Positions 20,276 through 29,003 of a stretch of 64,000 nucleotides of DNA are shown here, piece by piece; positions within the stretch are counted from its first letter, which is position 1; every line of letters begins with the position of its first letter. Origin of the DNA: Rhodoferax sp. Its GTDB lineage: Bacteria; Pseudomonadota; Gammaproteobacteria; Burkholderiales; Burkholderiaceae_C. Below the pieces are notes generated by a model, which had not been told where the DNA came from, did not search any database, and saw only the letters and a list, made by a program, of their open reading frames with translations. The stretch is from the NCBI RefSeq assembly GCF_010365055.1, contig NZ_JAAFHA010000008.1:2750-66749 (forward strand), given 5' to 3'. The translations under genes were made by a program, and so were the position numbers.

Positions 20276-20818
20276 TCAGAGCAGACCGGCCGCCGCCACC
20301 GCCTCGCGCCAGGCCACGAGCTTGCGTTCAAAACTCCAGCTGGCATTGGCCGGGCTGGTTGAAGGCAACTTGAGTACCGGCAGGCCCAAGGTGGCGGTGT
20401 ATTTGGCGTGCCGAAAGCTCTCGCCGCCGTTGTGGGCAATCAACCTGAGTTGCGGACAACGAAGCTTGAGCTGGCTGAAATCAGTGACTTGCGGCTGGCG
20501 AATGGCCGTATCCAGGCTGCCGGCGCGCTCGCAGGAAGCATAGACATCCCAAATACCAAGACCGTGCGCCAGCAACCAGGCGCTACGTTCTTCATAGCTA
20601 GCTGCGCTTATTCCACGGGGGCTGGAAGGTAAAATATCTTGAAGAATTCGCCAAAACTGATTTTGCGGGTGGGCGTAATACTGCTGCTGCGCGAGCGAGG
20701 CCACGCTGGGAAAGCTGCCCAGTATCAGCAGCCGGGTGTCCTCAGAGACGAGGGGTGGCAAGCCGAGCAGACGTGGCGTTGGGGACGAATAGGCAGTGCC
20801 TTTTTGGTCTTTCGACAT
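20276..20818 (-). CDS. DNA-deoxyinosine glycosylase (UDG superfamily, family 6-like)
   Basis: ILGSFPS..S....YYAHPQNQFW, GIWDV, LPSTSPAN. Confidence 0.85.
   Translation of the reverse strand: MSKDQKGTAYSSPTPRLLGLPPLVSEDTRLLILGSFPSVASLAQQQYYAHPQNQFWRILQDILPSSPRGISAASYEERSAWLLAHGLGIWDVYASCERAGSLDTAIRQPQVTDFSQLKLRCPQLRLIAHNGGESFRHAKYTATLGLPVLKLPSTSPANASWSFERKLVAWREAVAAAGLL
20582..20634 (+). repeat. Dispersed 53-bp motif, copy inside the glycosylase CDS
   Basis: GCTAC GTTCTTC ATAGCT N19 GGGCTGG AAGGT AAAA. Confidence 0.8.
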
Positions 20819-20865
20819 CAGACCGGGAGAGGGGGGTTCAATGGAATTGAACGATCGTAGGACAG

Positions 20866-21720
20866 CTAAAGCGCTAGTTCACTGGGATGGCACACCTGGG
20901 CGAGTCTGGTCTTCTTGGCAAATCCTGGCGTTGCACTGCGGCGCTCAGTCTGCTGCAGCCATGCCAACAGAGCGGGGTCGTTCGCGCCCACTTGCGCCTC
21001 GACCTCTTGCAGACTGGCGAGATAGGGGGCCACGGGTCCGTAGTAATCAGTTTGCGGTCCAATGGACTGGAAGGCAATGTTCATGCGCTTCAACGAGCGC
21101 GCCAACGGGCGCTCCATGGCGGCGTACCAATGGCTGATGTCATTGGCGCGACTGTAGGCGTACATCTGGCGATAGAGTGTCAGTAGCACGTTCGTAGCGT
21201 CATCACGCCTCACACCCGGCGCCACCGCGCAGGCCTGCCCCCCCGCCACGCCTGCGAGTTGGATGCCACGCTGGCGCCGGTAGTCACAGCGCAACATCAG
21301 CCGACTGATCTCGGCGGCGCGGCCAGGCGCGGGCAGTTTGACGCCATTCGCGGAGGTCGTGCAATGACTTTGAAACGGGAACCGCTGGTCAGCATCGGGG
21401 CGAACCAGGCGCACATAACCCACCAAATCTTGCTGCGAGTCGAAAGCGTAGAAATGTTCTGCGGCATTGTCGTGTTCGTCCGATTCCACCCCATCCGGGT
21501 AGTTGTCCGGCGACAAGAAACTGCACTCCACGCAATAGACCTGGTACCTGAGTTCCAGGGCGCTTCTAAAGGCACGATGCTGGATGCGCAGGCCAGGCTG
21601 GTCCCAATGCGTCGCGCCAACCGTTGGTTTCATCGACCGCGCGGCCACGTCAAGGTCTCGTGTGGGGTGTTCGAGTCTTCCAAATCGATGGTCTTTGGTC
21701 TCAAAACGATGTGTTTTCAT
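20866..21720 (-). CDS. PEP-CTERM/exosortase-associated N-acyl amino acid synthase-like acyltransferase (FeeM/ExoAT type), copy 1
   Basis: LRYQVYC.E..F, ESDEHD..A.HF, AEISRL, WYAAMERPLAR, IGP..DYYG..APY; next to a PEP-CTERM gene. Start uncertain (21720, 21756 or 21780). Confidence 0.82.
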   Translation of the reverse strand: MKTHRFETKDHRFGRLEHPTRDLDVAARSMKPTVGATHWDQPGLRIQHRAFRSALELRYQVYCVECSFLSPDNYPDGVESDEHDNAAEHFYAFDSQQDLVGYVRLVRPDADQRFPFQSHCTTSANGVKLPAPGRAAEISRLMLRCDYRRQRGIQLAGVAGGQACAVAPGVRRDDATNVLLTLYRQMYAYSRANDISHWYAAMERPLARSLKRMNIAFQSIGPQTDYYGPVAPYLASLQEVEAQVGANDPALLAWLQQTERRSATPGFAKKTRLAQVCHPSELAL

Positions 21721-21861
21721 GGTGTCACGTGTCAGTAAAGAAGATTCATGCGCGGCCATCCTAAGCCAGGATTGCCTCAAACATGGGCGGGGTTTACAGA
21801 CTGTTTCGAGTGGCGCACTATGTCACAGGGTCTTTGGATATTCAGCGTACATTGAGGCCGC

Positions 21862-21883
21862 TTTCGTTACAGTTTCGTTACAG
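21862..21883 (+). repeat. Perfect 11-bp tandem direct repeat (TTTCGTTACAG)x2 in divergent intergenic region
   Basis: Read directly from the sequence. Confidence 0.7.
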
Positions 21884-21965
21884 CTTTGGCGGCATACGGG
21901 AGTCGTATCCGCGCACGGAACTGTGGAAAAATTATTGATTTTCTTTGACCCAGGAGATTTGACAA

Positions 21966-22817
21966 ATGACAAACGCCTTTGATTACGAAACATCGATCAC
22001 CCGAAACAACGGCTACATCACGGCCGAGACGCAGGCAAAAATTAGAAGGACGAGACTGCTGATCGCCGGCTGCGGAATTGGCAGCAGCCCCGCAGTCTGT
22101 GCAGCACGTATGGGCTTCGAAAATTTTGTATTGGTGGACGGTGACGTGGTTGACGCACACAATCTGAATCGCCAGTTCTACGACTTTTCGGATATCGGCA
22201 AGCCCAAGGTCGCGGCGCTGAAAGACAAGATTCTGAGGATCAACCCGCTGGCCCAGGTGGAGGCGATCGAGGCGTATCTTGATGCAGACAATACAGACGA
22301 CATTGTTGGCAAAGCAGACATCGTGTTTGATACCGTTGATTTCCTTGACTTGCCCGCGATCCTGCGCTTGCATGACAGCGCAAAGCAACACAAGGCGCAC
22401 ATATTTACAGCCTTGAGCGTAGGTTTTGGCGCTTTGGTCTGGTATTTCCCGGCGGACTCCAGCCTGGCATTGACCGATATGCTGGCACCGGACATCGCGG
22501 ACGTCAGTGCGGGCGGTGCTGTCCCCAGCTACGCCGATGTTTTCGCCTCATTCATACAACGACTGGCACCACATCTCGATGCTGAGGTCGTCGAGCAGGT
22601 AAGCAAGGTGCTCACCATGATGAAGGATGGCAAGCCCTGTCCGGCCTCGCAAGTCGCCGTTGGCAGCTTTGCGATCGGCGCCATGGCCATGTCCATGATC
22701 CACGACTTGCTGGCGGGCAATCCCGTCCCCTCGGCGCCCAAACTGGTCCTGCACAGCTTCAGGAGCTATCAGACCAAAATAGTGGATGTATCGGTCAGCC
22801 GGACTCAGGCCATGTAG
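21966..22817 (+). CDS. ThiF/MoeB/E1-like adenylyltransferase
   Basis: IAGCGIGS, VLVDGDVVDAHNLNRQF, IGKPKV...RINP; no CxxC Zn motifs; GGAG RBS. Confidence 0.85.
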   Translation: MTNAFDYETSITRNNGYITAETQAKIRRTRLLIAGCGIGSSPAVCAARMGFENFVLVDGDVVDAHNLNRQFYDFSDIGKPKVAALKDKILRINPLAQVEAIEAYLDADNTDDIVGKADIVFDTVDFLDLPAILRLHDSAKQHKAHIFTALSVGFGALVWYFPADSSLALTDMLAPDIADVSAGGAVPSYADVFASFIQRLAPHLDAEVVEQVSKVLTMMKDGKPCPASQVAVGSFAIGAMAMSMIHDLLAGNPVPSAPKLVLHSFRSYQTKIVDVSVSRTQAM

Positions 22818-22848
22818 TCAAACTCGGGCTATGACTAGGCTGTCCCGG

Positions 22849-22966
22849 TGTCGGAATTTTTTACAACCGCCTTACCGGGCATTGAGAGAGATGCCCTGCA
22901 TGCGATCTAACTAATTGATTTCAAATAGAAAATAGAAACCCATCGAAGTCCGGCACGGTATGTGCT
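22849..22966 (+). promoter_or_regulatory. Sigma54 promoter of the PEP-CTERM gene with upstream activator box and IHF site
   Basis: TGT-N11-ACA ending TTTACA (22849-22865); exact IHF consensus AATCAATTAGTTA on the minus strand (22908-22920); -24/-12 element CGGCACGGTATGTGCT (GG at 22952-53, GC at 22964-65). Confidence 0.75.
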
Positions 22967-23023
22967 TTATTAAATCTAGCAGCTGCCGCCTTCTGGTACT
23001 GTTATTTTTCAAGGAGTTCGAAG

Positions 23024-23923
23024 ATGAAGATGCACATCAAAGCTCTGGCCGTCGCCGCGATGACCGCGGTGGCGTCGCTGGCAGCAACAGCCGCCCCGCT
23101 GGAAACTTTGGCGGGCCCTTACAACTGGAAGCTTCAGGGCACGACCAGTGAGTACAGTCCGGTGGCCTACGGCGCTGGTGCCCTCGCAGAAACAACGTGG
23201 GGCATTGGTCAAATCACCGAAATCAACCAGTCCAACGGCGATCCTGCCTGGACCAAGGGGGACGGTGGTGATTACCTCTACTACATGCTCTATGGCATGG
23301 CCGACCTCACGGTCAACCCGATAAGCTCTGGCTTTAACATCTACAACGTGGGTTGTACCGGTGGTTTAGGGTGCGATGGAAAGATTCACATCGACATCTA
23401 TCGCATGCCATCGATTATTTCTGGAATTCTCCAGAAGGACCCTGATGGTCGACTCGGCTTCAATGGCTTCAATGGCTTGACCAACGCCGCAGGGGCCAGC
23501 CTGTATTTGGGTCTTGAGCTCGTGCCGGGCAAAGTCATTGTTGATGATCCCTCCACTCCACTGATTGATGAAAGAGATGCGACGCTTTTCCAGAACGCAA
23601 ACGCAAATACGCTTCCAACGACTGGTGCCGGTACGTTCTTTGCTGACGCCACCGGCGGGTCGGCCATGAACCAATGGAATTCCAATGGCTTTTTGTTGCC
23701 AAGTGGTCTTTTTGCGGATTTCGACGCAAACTTCACACTGAAGCCTAACTTTGCGGCGTTTGGCGGTGCGTGTCCGACTGGTTCCCTGCCTAGCGAGTGT
23801 TTCCTCGGACTGATCAATGATCCGGTTCAAAGTAACGCGATTCCTGAGCCAGGTAGCTTGGTTTTGTTTGGCCTCGCACTTGCTGCATTTGGTGTGATTC
23901 GTCGCCGCGAGAATAAGAAGTAA
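23024..23923 (+). CDS. PEP-CTERM sorting-domain protein
   Basis: N-terminal signal peptide; C-terminus IPEPGSLVLFGLALAAFGVIRRRENKK (PEP, TM helix, basic tail). Confidence 0.95.
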   Translation: MKMHIKALAVAAMTAVASLAATAAPLETLAGPYNWKLQGTTSEYSPVAYGAGALAETTWGIGQITEINQSNGDPAWTKGDGGDYLYYMLYGMADLTVNPISSGFNIYNVGCTGGLGCDGKIHIDIYRMPSIISGILQKDPDGRLGFNGFNGLTNAAGASLYLGLELVPGKVIVDDPSTPLIDERDATLFQNANANTLPTTGAGTFFADATGGSAMNQWNSNGFLLPSGLFADFDANFTLKPNFAAFGGACPTGSLPSECFLGLINDPVQSNAIPEPGSLVLFGLALAAFGVIRRRENKK

Positions 23924-23943
23924 GTTTCAGAGCTCATCGACGG

Positions 23944-23977
23944 AAACTGCCTGGTTGAAACCAGGCAGTTTTTTTTG
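23944..23977 (+). terminator. Rho-independent terminator after the PEP-CTERM gene
   Basis: AAACTGCCTGGT-TGAA-ACCAGGCAGTTT followed by a T run. Confidence 0.85.
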
Positions 23978-24030
23978 TTTTACAGGCACCCGTCGCGCAG
24001 GGTCGCAAAATTCTTGTCAAATTGCCAGGA

Positions 24031-24756
24031 TTAGAGGCTCACAGTTTCCGACCTCTGCATCCATGCCATCAGCGCCGGATTCTTCTCCTCGAGATGCGCT
24101 TCCAGTTCACGCAGATCACCGATGTAGGGCGCCACCACGCCGTAATAGTCGCTCGGCGGTCCGATCTGCCGAAAAACGAAGTTCATCTGGTTCAAGGCGC
24201 GGGCCAGAGGGCGTTCCATGGCCGCGTACCAGTAGCGAATGCCGTTGGCGAGGCTGAAGGCGTACATCTGACGGTACATACTCAACAGAATTTGGGGCGA
24301 GTGGTCCCGCAGTTCATGAGCGCCCCTCGCAAGGTCTTCCTCAACGGTGACACCTTCCAGCACGTCGCCGCGCCGACGTCGGTAGTCGCGGCGCACCATC
24401 AATCGACTGATTTCGGCCGCCTGTGCCGGCGGCGCCAGGCTGGCGCCCTCCAGCAACGCGCTGCAATGAGATTGAAACGGAAAGGACTGCCCCAGGTCTG
24501 AGCGCACCAGGCGCACGTAACCCACCAACTCATCGCGCAGATTGAACGCGCAGAAATGCGCCGAGCTGGCATCGCGTTCGTCTGTCTCGCAGCGCTCCGG
24601 ATAATTGGCGGCGGGCAGAAAACCGCGTTCCTCACAATAGACTTGGTAGCGCAGTTCAAAAATCCGAAGCATCAGGGCGTTGTCCCGACTCTGAATGGCC
24701 TCGCAACTATGGAACAGGGGCGCAAACTCTGCTTGATCTAGTGATAGGGTAGGCAT
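24031..24756 (-). CDS. PEP-CTERM/exosortase-associated acyltransferase (FeeM/ExoAT type), copy 2
   Basis: LRYQVYCEERGFL, AAEISRLMVRRDYRRR, WYAAMERPLAR, IGPPSDYYGVVAPY; clear paralogue of 20866-21720. Confidence 0.85.
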   Translation of the reverse strand: MPTLSLDQAEFAPLFHSCEAIQSRDNALMLRIFELRYQVYCEERGFLPAANYPERCETDERDASSAHFCAFNLRDELVGYVRLVRSDLGQSFPFQSHCSALLEGASLAPPAQAAEISRLMVRRDYRRRRGDVLEGVTVEEDLARGAHELRDHSPQILLSMYRQMYAFSLANGIRYWYAAMERPLARALNQMNFVFRQIGPPSDYYGVVAPYIGDLRELEAHLEEKNPALMAWMQRSETVSL

Positions 24757-24839
24757 GCAAGGTCCAGGTGACGCAAGATTCTGGAAGCTGTTATCAACGG
24801 CTAGAGTAAGCAGTCTGCGACTTGGTGGCCGCTGCGCAC

Positions 24840-24853
24840 TTGACAAAAATCAA
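24840..24853. promoter_or_regulatory. FNR/Dnr-type box upstream of acyltransferase 2
   Basis: TTGACAAAAATCAA, one mismatch to TTGAT-N4-ATCAA. Confidence 0.55.
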
Positions 24854-24879
24854 TGCGGCCGGTTGGGCGCGGCCGGGGA

Positions 24880-25731
24880 TCAACTCAGCAACAAAGCGCG
24901 CAGCCCGGGTAGCGCCGCCAGCGCGTTGCGCGTGGTGGCCTCGGCCAGTTCGTCGGCGCTGATGCCGCGCAGCGCCGCCAGCTCAGCCCCGATGCGCGGC
25001 AGCTCGCCCGGCTCGTTGCGGCTTTGGGCGGCACCCGCTGCGCGTTGCTCCGCCGTTTTGTACAACCAGTGCGGCGGCATGTCGGGCGCATCGGTTTCCA
25101 TCACGATGGACCCCAAAGGCAGGCTGGCCGCGAGACGCCGCAACTGCAGCGCGCGCTCATAGGTCAGCGCCCCGCCAAAGCCGAGCTTGAAGCCCAGCGC
25201 CATGAAGGCTTGCGCCTGTTGCTCGCTGCCGTTGAAGGCGTGGGCAATACCGTGCCACTGCCCCGCCTTGCCTGCGACGTCGCGCAAGCCTTTAAGGACG
25301 CGGTCTACCGAACGACGGGTGTGCAAGATCACCGGCAAGTCGTATTGCTGCGCCAGTTTGAGCTGTGCCAGAAAAAAATATTCCTGGCGCTGACGCAGCG
25401 GGCTGACACACAGTTCAGGGACAAAGTAGTCCAAGCCAATTTCGCCAACAGCCACCAGGCGCGGGTCAGAACGGTGCTGCGCCAAGGCGGCGTCCAGGCG
25501 GTTCAGCGCATCGTCCTGCGCCTGCTTGACACACAGAGGGTGAATGCCGAGTGCGTAGCTGTCGTCGCCCGTGTGCGCCAGTGCCCGCACGGCGTCAAAG
25601 TTGCCAAGTTCGACGGCGGGCAACACGCAGTGTGCTACATTATTAATAGCTGCTCGCGCACGTACCTCAAGGGCTAGAGGCCAAAACTCTTGTGCATCGA
25701 GGTGGCAATGGGTGTCGATCCAAATGGTCAT
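24880..25731 (-). CDS. tatD: TatD family metal-dependent hydrolase/DNase
   Basis: IDTHCHLD, LGIHP, VGEIGLD, ILHTRR, HAFNGS, METDAPD. Confidence 0.9.
   Translation of the reverse strand: MTIWIDTHCHLDAQEFWPLALEVRARAAINNVAHCVLPAVELGNFDAVRALAHTGDDSYALGIHPLCVKQAQDDALNRLDAALAQHRSDPRLVAVGEIGLDYFVPELCVSPLRQRQEYFFLAQLKLAQQYDLPVILHTRRSVDRVLKGLRDVAGKAGQWHGIAHAFNGSEQQAQAFMALGFKLGFGGALTYERALQLRRLAASLPLGSIVMETDAPDMPPHWLYKTAEQRAAGAAQSRNEPGELPRIGAELAALRGISADELAEATTRNALAALPGLRALLLS
25634..25686 (+). repeat. Dispersed 53-bp motif, copy inside tatD
   Basis: GCTAC ATTATTA ATAGCT N19 GGGCTAG AGGCC AAAA. Confidence 0.85.
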
Positions 25732-25859
25732 GCAGGGAAAGTACCATATCTACGTCACGGCGCTGACACCAAAATGTCATTTAGTCACCGTATGCTTGGT
25801 TGACTTTTTGGCGTTGTCGTCAAACTGAACGTCGTCACTCTATTCACAAGGAACCCCGC

Positions 25860-26927
25860 ATGAAAGTCCTCCACGCTTTTCTCGCCACCAGCGCTCTCGC
25901 GCTTGGCCTGGGCACCACCGCCCTGGCCCAGGAAAAAACCCTGCGCCTGCTGACCTGGGCTGACTACGCGCCGGCTGAGGTGGTGGCGCAGTTCGAGAAA
26001 GAAAGCGGCTACAAGGTGGCGCTGACATTGTCCAACAATGAAGAAATGATCTCCAAGCTGCGCGCCACTGGCGGTGCTGGCTTTGACCTGGCGCAGCCAT
26101 CGCAAGACCGCATCACGGGGCCGCAACAGGAATTCGGCATTTACAAGCCGATGGACATGAGCCAGCTCAAGGCCGAGTTGTTCATCCCCTCGATGCTGGA
26201 AGCCACCAAGAAAAACACGTCATTGGGCGGCAAGGTATATGGCCTGCCGCACATCTGGGGTACCGATGGTCTGGTGGTCAACACCAAGCTGACCCAAATG
26301 GCCGACTACCCGGACCTGTGCCGCAGCGATGTCAAAGGCAAAACCGCCGTGCGCCTGAAACGCCCGACCCTGCTCGCGTTTGCCTTTGCCGCCGGCAAAG
26401 ACCCGTTTGCGCTCTACGGCAACCCCAAAGCCTACGGCGCGCTGATGGACGAAGTCGGCAAAACCATGATCGCCTGCAAAGGCAACCTGAAGTTCTTCTG
26501 GGACAACAAAGACCAGTTGCTCAACGGCATGCGCACGGGCGAGATCGTCGGCGCCATGATGTGGGACACCGGCGGCTGGAAGCTCAACGGCGAGAAGGCG
26601 GAAATCCAGTTCATCGCGCCCAAGTCGGGGGCGCTGGGCTGGATCGACACCTTTGCCATTCCGGCCAAGGGCAAGAACGATGCAGCGGCTTATGCCTGGA
26701 TCAACTTCAATATGCGCCCCGAGATTGCGGCGCGCGTGGCCAAATCGGCCGGCAATTTCACCGCCTCCCAGGGCGCTGACTTGTTGATGGACGCCAAGCT
26801 CAAAGCCCAGTTTGCCGACAGCTTCCCGGAAGCCGCGTTGAAGAACGTCAAGTGGTACCCGGCCGTTCCCGCTGGCATTGAAGAGATTGAAGGCCGGGTG
26901 CTGGACCGCATCAAAGCGGCCAACTAA
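25860..26927 (+). CDS. Polyamine-type ABC transporter substrate-binding protein (PotD/PotF family)
   Basis: Signal peptide, LLTWADY, WGTDG, GALGWIDTFAIP; first gene of an ABC operon. Confidence 0.85.
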   Translation: MKVLHAFLATSALALGLGTTALAQEKTLRLLTWADYAPAEVVAQFEKESGYKVALTLSNNEEMISKLRATGGAGFDLAQPSQDRITGPQQEFGIYKPMDMSQLKAELFIPSMLEATKKNTSLGGKVYGLPHIWGTDGLVVNTKLTQMADYPDLCRSDVKGKTAVRLKRPTLLAFAFAAGKDPFALYGNPKAYGALMDEVGKTMIACKGNLKFFWDNKDQLLNGMRTGEIVGAMMWDTGGWKLNGEKAEIQFIAPKSGALGWIDTFAIPAKGKNDAAAYAWINFNMRPEIAARVAKSAGNFTASQGADLLMDAKLKAQFADSFPEAALKNVKWYPAVPAGIEEIEGRVLDRIKAAN

Positions 26928-26939
26928 GCTTGGTCTGCA

Positions 26940-28097
26940 TTGAGTTCTGACGCATCTGCTGCGCCCACCGCCTCTGATGCGGCGCAGCCTGACCTGCAGG
27001 CCACCGGCGTGGCCAAGCACTACGGCGCCTTTCGTGCCGTGGACAATTTGTCTCTCGAAGTAGCGCGCGGCAGTTTTTTCTCGATCCTGGGGCCTTCAGG
27101 CTGCGGCAAGACCACGCTGCTCCGCATGATTGCGGGCTTTTTGAGCCCGGATGCTGGCAGCATCCAGATCGGCGGCCAGGCCATGAACGGCGTACCGCCC
27201 AATCGGCGCCCGGTGAACATGGTGTTTCAGCATCTGGCGCTGTTTCCGATGATGAACGTGGGCGACAACGTCGGTTACGGTCTGGCGCGCCGCGGCGTGA
27301 CCAAAATTGAAATCAAGCGCCGCGTCGGTGACATGCTGGAGCGCGTGAGCCTGCCCAATGCACAAGACAAACGCATTGACCAGCTCTCGGGCGGGCAGAA
27401 ACAGCGCGTGGCAATTGCCCGCAGCCTGGTGCTGGAGCCCACCTTGTTGCTGCTCGATGAGCCCCTGGGCGCACTCGACCTCAAATTGCGTGAGCACATG
27501 AAGATCGAGCTTAAACAGTTGCAGGCGGCTTTTGGCACCACCTTTGTTTACATTACGCACGACCAGTCGGAAGCGCTGGTGCTGTCGGACCATGTGGCCG
27601 TGATGAACCACGGCCGCTTTGAGCAGGTCGGCACGCCGCAGCAGCTTTATTACGAGCCGCAGACGCCATTTGTGGCGGGCTTTGTCGGCGCCAACAACCG
27701 TATCGCCGGGCGCGCCACGGAGGTCAACGGGGACATCGTGACGGTCGCCAGTGGTGAAGGCTTGGTGATCCTGGCGCGCGCCATCGGCAAGGTAGCCCGC
27801 GGTGACACGGTCGAAGCCTTTGTGCGGCCGGAGGTTGCCAGCCTGTCGCGCAGCGCAGCGGTGCTGGCAGATGCCGGCTTGTCGCACTACCGGGCGCAAG
27901 TTGACAGCCTGCTGTTTGACGGCGCCAATTCAGCCGTGCTGCTGCATGAGGAAAACTCGCACACCGAGTTTCGCATCGCCTTGCCCCAGACCGGCCAATT
28001 CGCCGACCTGGCCGTAGGTGAGCGCGTGCACTTCGGCTTCGACCCCCAACGCGCGGTGTGTTTTGCGGCCAGCCAACAAGACGTCGGCCTGTCCTAG
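26940..28097 (+). CDS. Polyamine ABC ATPase (PotA-like)
   Basis: GPSGCGKTT, PPNRRPVNMVFQ, LSGGQKQRVA, LLLDEP, C-terminal TOBE-like region. Confidence 0.88.
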   Translation: MSSDASAAPTASDAAQPDLQATGVAKHYGAFRAVDNLSLEVARGSFFSILGPSGCGKTTLLRMIAGFLSPDAGSIQIGGQAMNGVPPNRRPVNMVFQHLALFPMMNVGDNVGYGLARRGVTKIEIKRRVGDMLERVSLPNAQDKRIDQLSGGQKQRVAIARSLVLEPTLLLLDEPLGALDLKLREHMKIELKQLQAAFGTTFVYITHDQSEALVLSDHVAVMNHGRFEQVGTPQQLYYEPQTPFVAGFVGANNRIAGRATEVNGDIVTVASGEGLVILARAIGKVARGDTVEAFVRPEVASLSRSAAVLADAGLSHYRAQVDSLLFDGANSAVLLHEENSHTEFRIALPQTGQFADLAVGERVHFGFDPQRAVCFAASQQDVGLS

Positions 28098-28115
28098 GCC
28101 ACACGATGCCGGTCC

Positions 28116-29003
28116 ATGCCCACTGAATCTCCCGGCGACGCCCTACCCTGCGCGCGGCTGATGCTCATGCTGCTGCTCGCGCCAGCGCTCTTGTGGCTGC
28201 TGGGGCTGATCGTGTTGCCGCACGTGGAGTTGGGCATCTTGTCGCTGCGCGCACGCGTGGCGCCACGTGTCTATGAATTCAGCCTGGCGCAGTACGGAAC
28301 TTTCATTGAAGAGCCACTGTACTGGCACACCTTTGTGCGCACTGCGCTGATGTCGATCCTGGCCACTGTCATCACTCTGGTGCTGGCGTTCCCGATTGCC
28401 TGGACCATCGCCAAGCTGACGCGCGGGCGCAACAAATCAATGTTGTTCATCCTGTGCCTGATTCCGTTTTGGGTCAGCGAGACGGTGCGCACGCTGGGCT
28501 GGATGATTTTGCTGCGCGAGTCCGGCGTGCTGCCCGGTCTGCTGGTGTGGCTGGGCCTGACCCCGGCGCCGATCGAGATGCTCTACCACGACAGCACCAT
28601 TCTGGTCGGGCTGGTCTACACCTCAATGCTGTTCATGGTCATCCCCTTGATCAGCGCGCTGGAAAGCCTGGACGACTCACTGATCGAAGCCGCCTACGAC
28701 CTGGGTGGCAACGGCTGGTCCATCCTGCGCCAGATCGTCATCCCGCACGCCGCACCCGGCATCGTGGCGGGCTGCATTGTGGTGTTTATGCTGACCCTGG
28801 GCAATTACCTGACACCGACGCTGCTGGGCGGCAAAAATTCACAGTGGTTCACCGAGCAGATCTACACCCAGTTCATTACCCGTTTCAACTGGGAACAAGG
28901 TGCGGCCTTTGGCTTCTTGCTGCTGGGCTTGTCGACGGCGATCGTCTGGTTCGGCTTGAAACTCAGCGGCCAGAAGTTTGGTGAAGTGATGCAGCGGTCA
29001 TGA
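28116..29003 (+). CDS. Polyamine ABC permease (PotB-like)
   Basis: EAA motif LIEAAYDLGG; TPTLLGG. Confidence 0.85.
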   Translation: MPTESPGDALPCARLMLMLLLAPALLWLLGLIVLPHVELGILSLRARVAPRVYEFSLAQYGTFIEEPLYWHTFVRTALMSILATVITLVLAFPIAWTIAKLTRGRNKSMLFILCLIPFWVSETVRTLGWMILLRESGVLPGLLVWLGLTPAPIEMLYHDSTILVGLVYTSMLFMVIPLISALESLDDSLIEAAYDLGGNGWSILRQIVIPHAAPGIVAGCIVVFMLTLGNYLTPTLLGGKNSQWFTEQIYTQFITRFNWEQGAAFGFLLLGLSTAIVWFGLKLSGQKFGEVMQRS

